A stretch of DNA of 64,000 nt from Macrostomum hystrix (taxonomy: Eukaryota > Animalia > Platyhelminthes), in assembly GCA_950097015.1 (NCBI GenBank), contig CATNEN010000007.1, forward strand, positions 1,426,001 to 1,490,000, read 5' to 3'. Position numbers and translations under genes: made by a program. How positions within the stretch are numbered: position 1 is the first letter of the stretch; each line of letters starts with the position of its first letter. The notes below the pieces were generated by a model. That model was not told where the DNA came from and did no database searches. It saw only the letters and a list, made by a program, of their open reading frames with translations. Of the stretch, positions 22,959-34,900 are shown one piece after another.

Positions 22959-25900
22959 CTACGCCCTAATGGACTGGGGAGAAGGGTGTGTCGCCCAATG
23001 GACTGGGGAGAAGGGTGTGTAGCCTCATGGACTGGGCAGAAGGGTGTGTTGCCCAATGGACTGGGGAGAAGGGTGTGTAGCCTAATGGACTGGGGAGAAG
23101 GGTGTGTAGCCTAATGGACTGGGGAGAAGAATGTGTAGCCTCATGGACTGGGCAGAAGGGTGTGTTGCCCAATGGACTGGGGAGAAGGGTGTGTCGTCTA
23201 ATGGACTGGGGAGAAGGGTGTGTAGCCTCATGTACTGGGCAGAAGGGTGTGTACCCCAATGGACTGGGTAGAAGGGTGTGTAGCCTAATGGACTGGGGAG
23301 AAGGGTGTGTAGCCCAATGGACTGGGGAGAAGAATGTGTAGCCTCATGGACTGGGCAGAAGGGTGTGTTGCCCAATGGACTGGGGAGAAGGGTGTGTAGC
23401 CTAATGGACTGGGGAGAAGGGTGTGTAGCCTAATGGACTGGGGAGAAGAATGTGTAGCCTCATGGACTGGGCAGAAGGGTGTGTTGCCCAATGGACTGGG
23501 TAGAAGGGTGTGTAGCCTCATGGACTGAGTAGAAGGGTGTGTCGCCTAATGGACTGGGGAGAAGGGTGTGTAGCCCAATGGACTGGGTAGAAGGGTGTGT
23601 AGCCTCATGGACTGGGGAGAAGGGTGTGTCGCCTAATGGACTGGGGAGAAGGGTGTGTAGCCCAATGGACTGGGGAGAAAAGTGTGTCGCCTAATGGACT
23701 GGGGAGAAGGGTGTGTAGCCCAATGGACTGGGTAGAAGGGTGTGTAGCCTAATGGACTGGGGAGAAGGGTGTGTAGCCTCATGGACTGGGCAGAAGGGTG
23801 TGTAGCCTAATGGACTGGGGAGAAGGGTGTGTAGCCTCATGGACTGGGGAGAAGGGTGTGTAGCCCAATGGACTGGGTAGAAGGGTGTGTAGCCTAATGG
23901 ACTGGGGAGAAGGGTGTGTCGCCTAATGGACTGGGGAGAAGGGTGTGTAGTGATGCCTACTCGTATCTATGTGATGTCTAATTTAAACTAATTTTGTTTT
24001 GATATCATCCAGTGATTTATTGCTGACAGAGATTTAAATCTGTGAACCCAGCAATTATCTCATGTTTCCATTTGGCTAATTTGCAAAGCAATATTTAAAT
24101 TTCTGTAGGGTGATATTTGTTCAAAGCGCAACGCAACTAAACTTAGATTGATACATTTTTCAGCCAATGCTCTGGTACACACAGAAGCAAGTGCAATGCT
24201 AAAGCTTTTATCTACGTACATGAAGGTAGATGGATGGGCACTGTTATTTTTTGAGACACTAATCCCTACGTCTGTTTCAGTCAATTAAGCGAACAGAGAC
24301 TGTCCTACATTACAGGTGGCATTGACTGACAGTCTGAATAACCAGTTCTGTTAATCAATATTTTAGTAGCAGTACGAAGTCGTGCATTTTGCTCTTCTGT
24401 TACACTACGGTAGTATTTTCTCCAATGATAATAAATTTTTTGGTCTTTTTATACTTCTATATTAACAACTATGCATTCACACTTTCTGAAAGTAAGCTCG
24501 TATTTACGAGGTTATATTATTAATTAAACGTTTAGGATTTTATTATGGAATTGTCTTGTCACGTGACAAGTCAAGGTCACTTGCTTGCGCCGAGATTGGT
24601 TTTATATCGTTTTCCATTAAATATTCTATAAATAGCATCAACTGATGACCCGTTGGCCTGTCACATGACCAGAAAAGGTCAGTCACGTGCCTGGCTCGAG
24701 AATGGTTAAAGTCGAGTGTGATATTTTGACTTAGGTCTCTCTTTACGTTGAGATTCCTAAATGAGGTCGGGTGTCCTACTCTTTGTGAGAGATTCCCTTT
24801 TCGCAACTCGAAAATAACGAAGACAAGACGATTCAAATCCCAAGCTAAACAGCTGATATTTAAGTGTTAATCAGTAAATAAGAGAAAGCTATGATCACTG
24901 ATCAATTCCCCTGGCAGCGCTCTTTTCGTCCCCTGCCAGGTACTGTACTTAATTCAATCCAATTCACAATTCGCACTAACAAAATCTCGATAACCGCAAC
25001 ACAAAACACGAACTCTACTCGATAATACGACACGATAAACAACACAAATAAATCCTAGACAAACAGATAGTCCCTATAACAAACAAGACAAATAACGCGA
25101 AACCTAACCAAAATCCCTAACATAAAACCGAGGCGACCAGCAAGCACTTCTGCACTATGGCACAACGATAGTTCTATCGTGCCACACCTAATGTCTGTTC
25201 GACGGCGTCCCACCGATGATTGTCGGCGATATGGAGAGTGCTTCCGTGCTTGCCAATCCCTATCTAACACTCCGTCAGCAGTTGGCCAGACGTACCGAGC
25301 TCAGCGCAAGCTACTTACTGACGTGGGGTTGAGTGTGGGGGTTTTCTTTGACTAACTAGTTGGACCGGTTTACCTGTCCCGGTATCTATTTACTAGGATG
25401 CGTAACACGAATGAGAACAATATCAAGATCAAGAGCAAGAGCAAGGTCGAACGCGAGACCAGAATCACATGAGAACAATATTTCAGCGCAATAGTCAGTT
25501 TTATAGTCAAGCGCCCGCCCCAGCCCTCATCAAAGCCTGGGTGCCGGCCGCGCCGCTTGTTCTTCTGCCAGGTCGACCCTGCCGGTTAACGAACCGGCTG
25601 CTGATTGGCCCGGCTCGGGGTGTCGCACTTAAGTCGGTTCACTTCAATCGGCTAGCCGTCCTCCCATTGGTTGGGCCCACCAGACCAGGGCTAGTCTGAT
25701 GCCTTGGCTGTAGAGCAGGGGTGACCGGCCGGTCGCGTGTTAGGCCTGGCTGGGGTGCGCATGTACAAACAACTAACCTATCAGATACATTAAAATAATT
25801 CATAATATTGACGTGCGCGAATAAGTTACTACAAGTAGAAATATACGCATTATAAAAACATGCCGACACTACACATGCCGGCATTTTTTTTAGTTTTGTA

Positions 25901-27887
25901 TTCTTTTCTACTTGTGAGAATGAAAGGAAGGAAATTAAAGCCGAAATGAATGCAAAAAAGAGGCGAATTTCAGATGTTAAATATAATATTTTTCCGATTT
26001 TCTGTTACCGCGGAACAAACAAAGCGAGAGCGATAGATACCGAGTGGACTCAAGAATGGAAAGTGGAATAAGCCATTCGATGCTGACAGGAAATTGCGAC
26101 TTTGCAAGTTGCCTGGTGTTGGGGAAAATGACCCAAAGGCACACTTAAAATTTCTAACAACTTTGCAAAGATGACTGGAAATTGAATTTTTCTAACGTCT
26201 GGAAAAACTGTTAGCGTGTATTTTGCTAAGGTGATCACTTGGAAACTGAGTGGGACAATACAAATTTTAGAGTAGTTTGAAATAAGATCTTTCAATTTTC
26301 TTTGCTCCTTGCAGGGGGCTAGAATTTGCTAGTCTACTACACTAAAACCGATTCTATTTTATTAACTTGAAGTTCGCATCTGTTGAAGGGATTCGAACTG
26401 CACTATATTCGGCACAGTTGCAGCTCGCTTTACCGAGGCACGCAAGAAAGCTCTAAGGGGAGAAAAAGATTAATTATTAGCTGCCGAGTGACCTGGCTGC
26501 AGAGGCGGCATGCAGCTTCCTGCTACTAATTAGGCTCTGGCAACTGCGAGCTGAGCCCGGAGTGCCGAATTTGATTGGACCATTGTGTTGCTGTGGCCTT
26601 CCAAACTCTGAGAACACAATCTGTATTCGTGATACAAATGCACGAAACATTGCCTACGTATCGCACTGGGAAAGGCTCAAAAGAGACGCAACTCGAAAGG
26701 CTGACTTGAAAGCTAGCTTATAGTCAATAAGTAGTTACTTTAATTCCGGTAGAAATGAAAGACGTGTGGCCGCTAATCTGTTAAAATTTATATTCGCTAA
26801 TTTTTCTTGTTTGCAATGGTAAATAAATATTTTTTTGTTTTCATTCTTTAATTTTATTCGGTAAAAATTTCACTTCCTAACAATCTAATATCCCTAACAA
26901 TATTTAGTTGTCAACGATCATTCCATTATAGCTTGTATGTGTTACTTCCATTTCCCACTATAATAAGACGAAATTAAACTTCTTAAAGTTGCACTTCAGA
27001 GCACCTGATAGATTGCTTGCTTCACGTTTACAATTCGAAATCGTAACTAGTTCTTTGTTTAAAACCGTTAATTTCTATCTTCATAGAGAATCGTTACTTT
27101 TTTAAAGTTGTCCTTTGCATCCGCTACTATCAATAATCATAATTTGTTTTGTGTGACAATTTTTCTACTTTCTAACGCGTCTGAAGACCTTCCGCTACTA
27201 TTTTAAATCGTTACTTTTCGCTTTGACCTCAATAAAAGTTAGACAGAAATAAATATTGAAAGACAAACTATAGATGAAAAGAAAAGCAAAGAAAGCCGCT
27301 TGTCTTGAGTACCCTGCCCTCGTCTTGGAAACTGGATGAAACAGATGAAGAGCAAGAGGACAATGAAGACCTGAGCGCAGACTCCAGATGACAAAGAGAC
27401 ATTCTTCAATGAAATCTAGACTTTCTAGGTGGTGGATTGCTTAAAATGAACACTCAGCATTTTACTTTGGCTTTAGAATTGACAAACCGAATCTTAGCGA
27501 CTTCTGTGCGTGCTGCATCATGTTTGAGATCTAGAGAAAGGGAGAGAGAGGGAGCCGTACATGTTTCTGACCTCCCAAACAGTCAAACTCTGGCGCGATT
27601 CGCTGCCTCTGACGGCCAACCAATGGCAGAGGTGCTCACACGCACACACGCACACACACACACAAACCCCGCGTTCCATATGTGAATTGGAAAGAGTTAA
27701 ATTTGCTTAGAGTCTAAGAATTCTCCGGCATTTATTTATCATCTCATTGTCGTGAGTGTCTTCAAATTCTCAGTCAATTGAAACTTCCTTCAGCTGGAAG
27801 TTTACCTATTCACCTGCTCTGCAGTGTGGTGCTGACAGGCTGTGCGTGATTATAGAGGTATGTTATCTAGATAGATTAGATAAGTTA

Positions 27888-28881
27888 AATCATTCTAGAT
27901 GGGGGTCATGGAGAACTCAAAATGGGATATAAATCATTCTAGATGGGGTCATGGAGAACTCAAAATGGGATACAAATCATCCTAGATGGGGTCATGGAGA
28001 ACTCAAAATGGGATATAAATCATTCTAGATGGGATCATGGATAACTCAAAATGGGATATAAATCATTCTAGATGGGGTCATGGAGAACTCAAAATGGGAT
28101 ACAAATCATCCTAGATGGGGTCATGGAGAACTCAAAATGGGATATAAATCATTCTAGATGGGATCATGGATAACTCAAAATGGGATATAAATCATTCTAG
28201 ATGGGGTCATGGATAACTCAAAATGGGATATAAATCATTCTAGATGGGGTCATGGATAACTCAAAATGGGATATAAATCATTCTAGATGGGGTCATGGAT
28301 AACTCAAAATGGGATATAAATCATTCTAGATGGGATCATGGATAACTCAAAATTGGATACAAATCATTCTAGATGGGATCATGGATAACTCAAAATGGGA
28401 TACAAATCATTCTAGATGGGGTCATGGATAACTCAAAATGGGATATAAATCATTCTAGATGGGGTCATGGATAACTCAAAATGGGATATAAATCATTCTA
28501 GATGGGATCATGGATAACACAAAATTGGGTACAAATCATTCTAGATGGGATCATGGATAACTCAAAATGGGATATAAATCATCCTAGATGGGATCATGGA
28601 TAACTCAAAATTGGATACAAATCATTCTAGATGGGGTCATGGAGAACTCAAAATGGAATACAAATCATTCTAGATGGGGTCATGGATAACTCAAAATGGG
28701 ATATAAATCATTCTAGATGGGGTCATGGATAACTCAAAATGGGATATAAATCATTCTAGATGGGATCATGGATAACACAAAATTGGGTACAAATCATTCT
28801 AGATGGGATCATGGATAACTCAAAATGGGATATAAATCATTCTAGATGGGATCATGGATAACTCAAAATGGGATATAAATC
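27888..28881. repeat. 43-bp minisatellite, ~23 copies
   Basis: GATATAAATC at 28141 and 28184. Confidence 0.97.
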
Positions 28882-28997
28882 CTTCTATGAAGTAGATAGA
28901 ATTATGAATTATATTATTAGAATTATACTTAACCCTGAATTGTTTTTAAATTTCGTTAGATACACAATTCTGAGTGAAAAAAAATATTTTCAGAACA

Positions 28998-31900
28998 ATG
29001 TCCAGCGATCAGCCCAGCCTCACCATCGGCTACTTCAGTCATCCGCCATTCTCCGACTTTGTCCACAATCACGTCGAGGGCGTCTTCTGGGATTTGGTCA
29101 AGGTCGCCCTGAACGGCTGTCTGTACGATTCGTCTACGGGCCCGCCGAGGCCTCGTTTTCAGCGCTATGAAAACGAGGACAGCCTACTGAGATACGGATT
29201 ATCCAGCTGCAACCTCAGCTTCCCCATCACTGGGACCCCGCTGTACAACCGACTGGACACAGATGCCTCCTTCATCCCCATAATCAGTTCCCCAGGTGAG
29301 AGACTGAATGATCCCCATAATCAGTTCCCCAGGTTAGAGACTGAATGATCCCCATAATCAGTTCTCCAGGTGAGAGACTGAATGATCCCCATAATCAGTT
29401 CTCCAGGTGAGAGACTGAATGATCCCCATAATCAGTTCTCCAGGTGAGAGACTGAATGATCCCCATAATCAGTTCTCCAGGTGAGAGACTGAATGATCCC
29501 CATAATCAGTTCTCCAGGTGAGAGACTGAATGATCCCCATAATCAGTTCTCCAGGTGAGAGACTGAATGATCCCCATAATCAGTTCTCCAGGTGAGAGAC
29601 TGAATGATCCCCATAATCAGTTCTCCAGGTGAGAGACTGAATGATCCCCATAATCAGTTCACCAGGTTGATCCCCATAATCAGTTCTCCAGGTGAGACTG
29701 AATGATCCACATAATCAGTTCCCCAGGTGAGAGACTGAATGATCCCCATAATCAGTTCTCCAGGTGAGAGACTGAATGATCCCCATAATCAGTTCACCAG
29801 GTTGATCCCCATAATCAGTTCTCCAGGTGAGACTGAATGATCCACATAATCAGTTCCCCAGGTGAGAGACTGAATGATCCCCATAATCAGTTCTCCAGGT
29901 GAGAGACTGAATGATCCCCATAATCAGTTCCCCAGGTTAGAGACTGAATGATCCCCATAATCAGTTCTCCAGGTGAGAGACTGAATGATCCCCATAATCA
30001 GTTCTCCAGGTGAGAGACTGAATGATCCCCATAATCAGTTCCCCAGGTTAGAGACTGAATGATCCCATAATCAGTTCCCCAGGTGAGAGACTGAATGATC
30101 CCCATAATCAGTTCCCCAGGTTAGAGACTGAATGATCCCCATAATCAGTTCTCCAGGTGAGAGACTGAATGATCCCCATAATCAGTTCTCCAGGTGAGAG
30201 ACTGAATGATCCCCATAATCAGTTCCCCAGGTTAGAGACTGAATGATCCCATAATCAGTTCTCCAGGTGAGAGACTGAATGATCCCCATAATCAGTTCTC
30301 CAGGTGAGAGACTGAATGATCCCCATAATCAGTTCACCAGGTTGATCCCCATAATCAGTTCTCCAGGTGAGACTGAATGATCCACATAATCAGTTCCCCA
30401 GGTGAGAGACTGAATGATCCCCATAATGAGTTCTCCAGGTGAGAGACTGAATGATCCCCATAATCAGTTCCCCAGGTTGATCCCCATAATCAGTTCTCCA
30501 GGTGAGACTGAATGATCCACATAATCAGTTCCCCAGGTTGATCCCCATAATCAGTTCTCCAGGTGAGACTGAATGATCCACATAATCAGTTCCCCAGGTT
30601 GATCCCCATAATCAGTTCTCCAGGTGAGACTGAATGATCCACATAATCAGTTCCCCAGGTGAGAGACTGAATGATCCCCATAATCAGCTTCCACAGGTGA
30701 GCCTGTGTGATCCCCATAATCAGTTCCCCAGGTGAGAGACTGATTGATCCCCATAGTCAGTTTCCCAAGGTGAGTGTCTAAATGATCCCCATAATCCCCA
30801 GTAATGTAGCGCGAAATGATTAGCCCTTTCCATTTAGACACGTAGTTCAATTTTGTTAGATTTTTTCTCGTTCCCTTGTTTTTTAGCAGCCAAGATTTGT
30901 TATCCTATCTTACAGTCAGGTCTCTTATCTCACTCTGGGGTTCTTAAATCTCTCGCTTTCATTTAAACATTATTTCACACTTTTTTCTGTCGCCCTAGAC
31001 TCCCTCACTTCTAATCAATCAATCACCTATTTATTTCTCCTATCTTCTCCTCTCCGCTCCTCATATTCCCTCACCCTCTCCCATTCTCCCCTCACCCTCT
31101 CTATTCTCCCTCACCAACTCCGATCTCCCCTCACCCTCTCCCATTCTCATCTCACCCTCTCCCATTCTCCCCTCACCCTCTCTATTCTCCCTCACCAACT
31201 CCGATCTCCCCTCACCCTCTCCCATTCTCCCCTCACCCTCTCCCATTCTCCCTTCACCCTCTCCCATCTCCCCTCACCCTCTCCCATTCTCCCCTCACCC
31301 ACTCCCATTCTCATCTCACCCTCTCCCATCTCCCCTCACCCACTCCCATTCTCCCCTCACCCACTCCCATCTCCCCTCATCCACTCTCATGTCCCTGAAC
31401 CTCTCCTTTTTCTTTGTACCTTTTTGTTCTTAGCGTTCCTAGAAACAATTCCTACGCTTTTCTCATCTGCGCGATGCGATCCATTTTTCAGACGTCACCG
31501 AATCCGGCAATTTTCCTAGAAACCGCGCACGAATTCCGGGAAACCCCGCGCCCGTGCCGCACAGAAATTAGTTAAAGCTACCAGAGCCTGCTTATTCACT
31601 TGCTCTCTCTGGGGTTGTGCTGCGGTGAGGAAAGTGCAACAGCCCCGAGGGACGCTTGACAATGACCAGTGCTGGCAGCACTGGCTATACAAAGTGGGCT
31701 GCCCTGGCCGAATATCATATTTTTGTTCGGCCGAAGCTTAAGTTCGAATCCGGAACCTTTTTTTCTCTTTCCGCCGCCCGCCTCCCCCCCCCCCCGCAGT
31801 GACAGAAAAATATCAGATACCCGCCCCCTGACTGGTCCATTCCAGATGTTTATCGACTCCCGAAGCAGCCTGCCTCCAATGTCCGGTCGACCTAACCCTC

Positions 31901-34900
31901 TCCATAGAGTTTTTTTCCCTCTCAATGGTCTGGCTAAATCCCACAGTTTCAAATGACCGCTGAAAGCTGTAGGTCCCATGGATTTTAACTGACGAATAAC
32001 ATATTTTATTATACAAGCGGATCAGTGCTGTGACCTCGCTGACCTCATGGCCGCTTCTGCTATTACAGTTATCTAACTCTTTTATTTCTTAAATGGATTT
32101 TGTTCGACGCTTGGTGAATAGGCTTAGGCCATAGACTAAAGCAAACTGTCGAGAGGCTAATAGACACGGGCTTGCAGCCTGCCAGTACTTTAAAGCTATA
32201 GTTTCTCGTCTATTTTAAAGTGGCTCTGTTTTGTACTTTTACTTTAGCGAAAGCAAACAAGCAAAATAATCGAATCAATATTTTGGTATCTTGTTTGTCT
32301 AGAGTGGAGAGACTGCAAGTTGTCTAACAGGTTTGCTTGACCATCGTTTCTTTAGCAATCCTAATTAGATTGTCTATATAGGTTTCTCTCTTAAAACTAA
32401 TTACAGTGATCGCCTCATGAATTAAAGAAAACAATTTACTTCTCTGTCACAATGAATTTGACGTCAGTTCAAATCATTCGAAATTATGCACTGATTTTAT
32501 CCACTTTGTTAAATAGACCAAGTGTTTCAGCATTCGGCATTCCGAATCGATTTGAAATGTGGTCTCTTATTCGAGTTTTTTCGAAAAACAATATGAAAAA
32601 ACTGTGAAGTTATTTTAAATATCCACCCCACACCTTTCTCTCATCTGCAATTTTATGTCGACCTAACATGCCCACATCACACCGCCTCACTTTGATTGGG
32701 TGTCAGTTCAAGGTCATGCTAATTTTAAATTCGCTTCGCTTTTACATTTTATCACGACGAACCCACCCCAAACCCTTGCTTCCCTCATTACTGTATATAG
32801 TCGATCATATTTCCACCTCACGCCATCTCGCTCTCATTGGCTCTTAGTTCAAGGTCGATGCTATTTTTAGACTCAACCCACCCCAACCCCCTCCGTCATC
32901 CAAGGCGCCGTGTGGCTGGACCCCACAGCGGGCCCGCACCAGACTAGCATGGCCCAACTGAGAGTGATCGGTCAGGCTTGGCCGCTACTGCTCATCATCA
33001 TTGTCTCCTGTTCATTTGCCGCGGTGCTTGTTTGGTTCATGGTGAGGATTTCCGTAGATTTCTTTGGCTTGCTTTTTGAGGCTTGTGACCAACGGACAAC
33101 CCGCATTCGATCTTCAGATCTTTTTTGTGCCGCGTTTAAGATCAAAGAATCTGAAAGAGGATTTCCTGATCAATGGATAGGATTATAAAGTCACTCAGTT
33201 GTACGAGTAAATCCCGTTTGAAAAAACTCAAACAAAATATCAACAGAGCGTAAAAACTCTGAAATTTAATCTCTGAGGGCCTCTTTGGTTTCTACAATGT
33301 GCTGAAGAGGACAAGATTTTTGTTGAATGTGGCCTTTGCTTCTGTCTGACTTCATGTTTTCCTAGATTTCTTTTCACAATTCAACAAATGTGGATATTAG
33401 AAGCACGGGGATCAGACATTGGGGATGTGAGACATTGGGGATGTGAGACATTGGGGATGTAAGACATTGGGGATGTGAGACACTGGGGATGTGAGACATT
33501 GGGGATGTGAGACATTGGGGATGTGAGACATTGGGGATGTGAGACACTGGGGATGTGAGACATTGGGGATGTGAGACACTGGGGATGTGAGACATTGGGG
33601 ATGTGAGACATTGGGGATGTGAGACACTGGGGATGTGAGACATTGGGGATGTGAGACATTGGGGATGTGAGACACTGGGGATGTGAGACACTGGGGATGT
33701 GAGACACTGGGGATGTGAGACATTGGGGATGTGAGACACTGGGGATGTAAGACACTGGGGATGTGAGACACTGGGGATGTGAGACATTGGGGATGTAAGA
33801 CACTGGGGATGTGAGACACTGGGGATGTGAGACACTGGGGATGTGAGACATTGGGGATGTGAGACATTGGGGATGTGAGACACTGGGGATGTGAGACATT
33901 GGGGATGTGAGACATTGGGGATGTGAGACACTGGGGATGTGAGACACTGGGGATGTGAGACACTGGGGATGTGAGACATTGGGGATGTAAGACACTGGGG
34001 ATGTGAGACACTGGGGATGTGAGACATTGGGGATGTGGAAGATTGGGGATGAGACATTGGGGATGTGAATATTGATGTTATGGGACTTTCTTAGCAGCTT
34101 TGGGGCATTTTTAAATGAATCTAGATAGAAAACGGACTGAATGCTTTTAACTTAAAAAATTTTTTTGTCACTTTCAGTTGTCGCAGAAACCTACCCATCC
34201 CTGATTGTCATTTCCCCAACAGGAGCGGCTGAGAAATCCCCAGGAATTTCCCAGACCGTTCGTGCGCGGCTTCTGGGAGGGCTGGTGGTGGGCCTTCATC
34301 ACCATGACAACCGTCGGGTAAGCGGTCCATTGTCTTCAATTCTCCAAAGTCGCTCTACCCGCTGATCCTCAGCCTCAACGTGAATATTCCCTTGGGGGGG
34401 GGCAAGGCCCGCCTCTCTGAAGCTGCAGAGCCCTGCCGGTGTGAGACGAAGAAGAGGTGAAAATCATTGAGAGCCAGCGAGAGGATGCAGAACAGTTTTT
34501 TTTCTTTCACGCGGTCGATGCTGCCTGGCGTCCCCAACGCGAGTTTTAGTTATCCCAAATTCTCGCTGCTCGCATAATGAATTCGATCGATTTCAAGCAA
34601 CCAGTGGTTGAGGCTGTTCTCACATTGCAATGAATTATTGATGCCTCCGAGTGCTTTGAGAGTTCTTCAGTTTGGCTCGCCCTTGTGGCGGTGGGGGTCG
34701 ATGCAAATTCACTTCTGAACTACTTTTTATTGTCGCTCGCAGAAAATAGATTTAGAAGCTGAATTGAACGGAAATCTGAATTCATTTAGTCTATTGCTTC
34801 CTTTTGTAGTTTGCCGACAAAGAACTCGCCATCGAAATGCTATTATATTCTGCATTGCAGCTACGGCGATCGGTCGCCGAAGACCATCTGCGGCCGTCTA

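Larger units (their letters stand above)
22163..23949. repeat. 29-bp minisatellite AATGGACTGGGGAGAAGGGTGTGTAGCCT, interrupted at 22458-22964
   Basis: Direct periodicity, ~44 copies; two inverted units at 22772-22832. Confidence 0.95.

Noticed and set aside
25469-25884. GC-rich island with overlapping ORFs and weak terminal inverted similarity
   Set aside because: ORFs lack motifs; the inverted match is only about 9-13 imperfect bases with no TSD
26020-26300. Possible LINE ORF2 C-terminal remnant (GKWNKP..RLCK..HLKF)
   Set aside because: Only a loose motif resemblance, multiple stops, no RT or EN nearby; needs an HMM search
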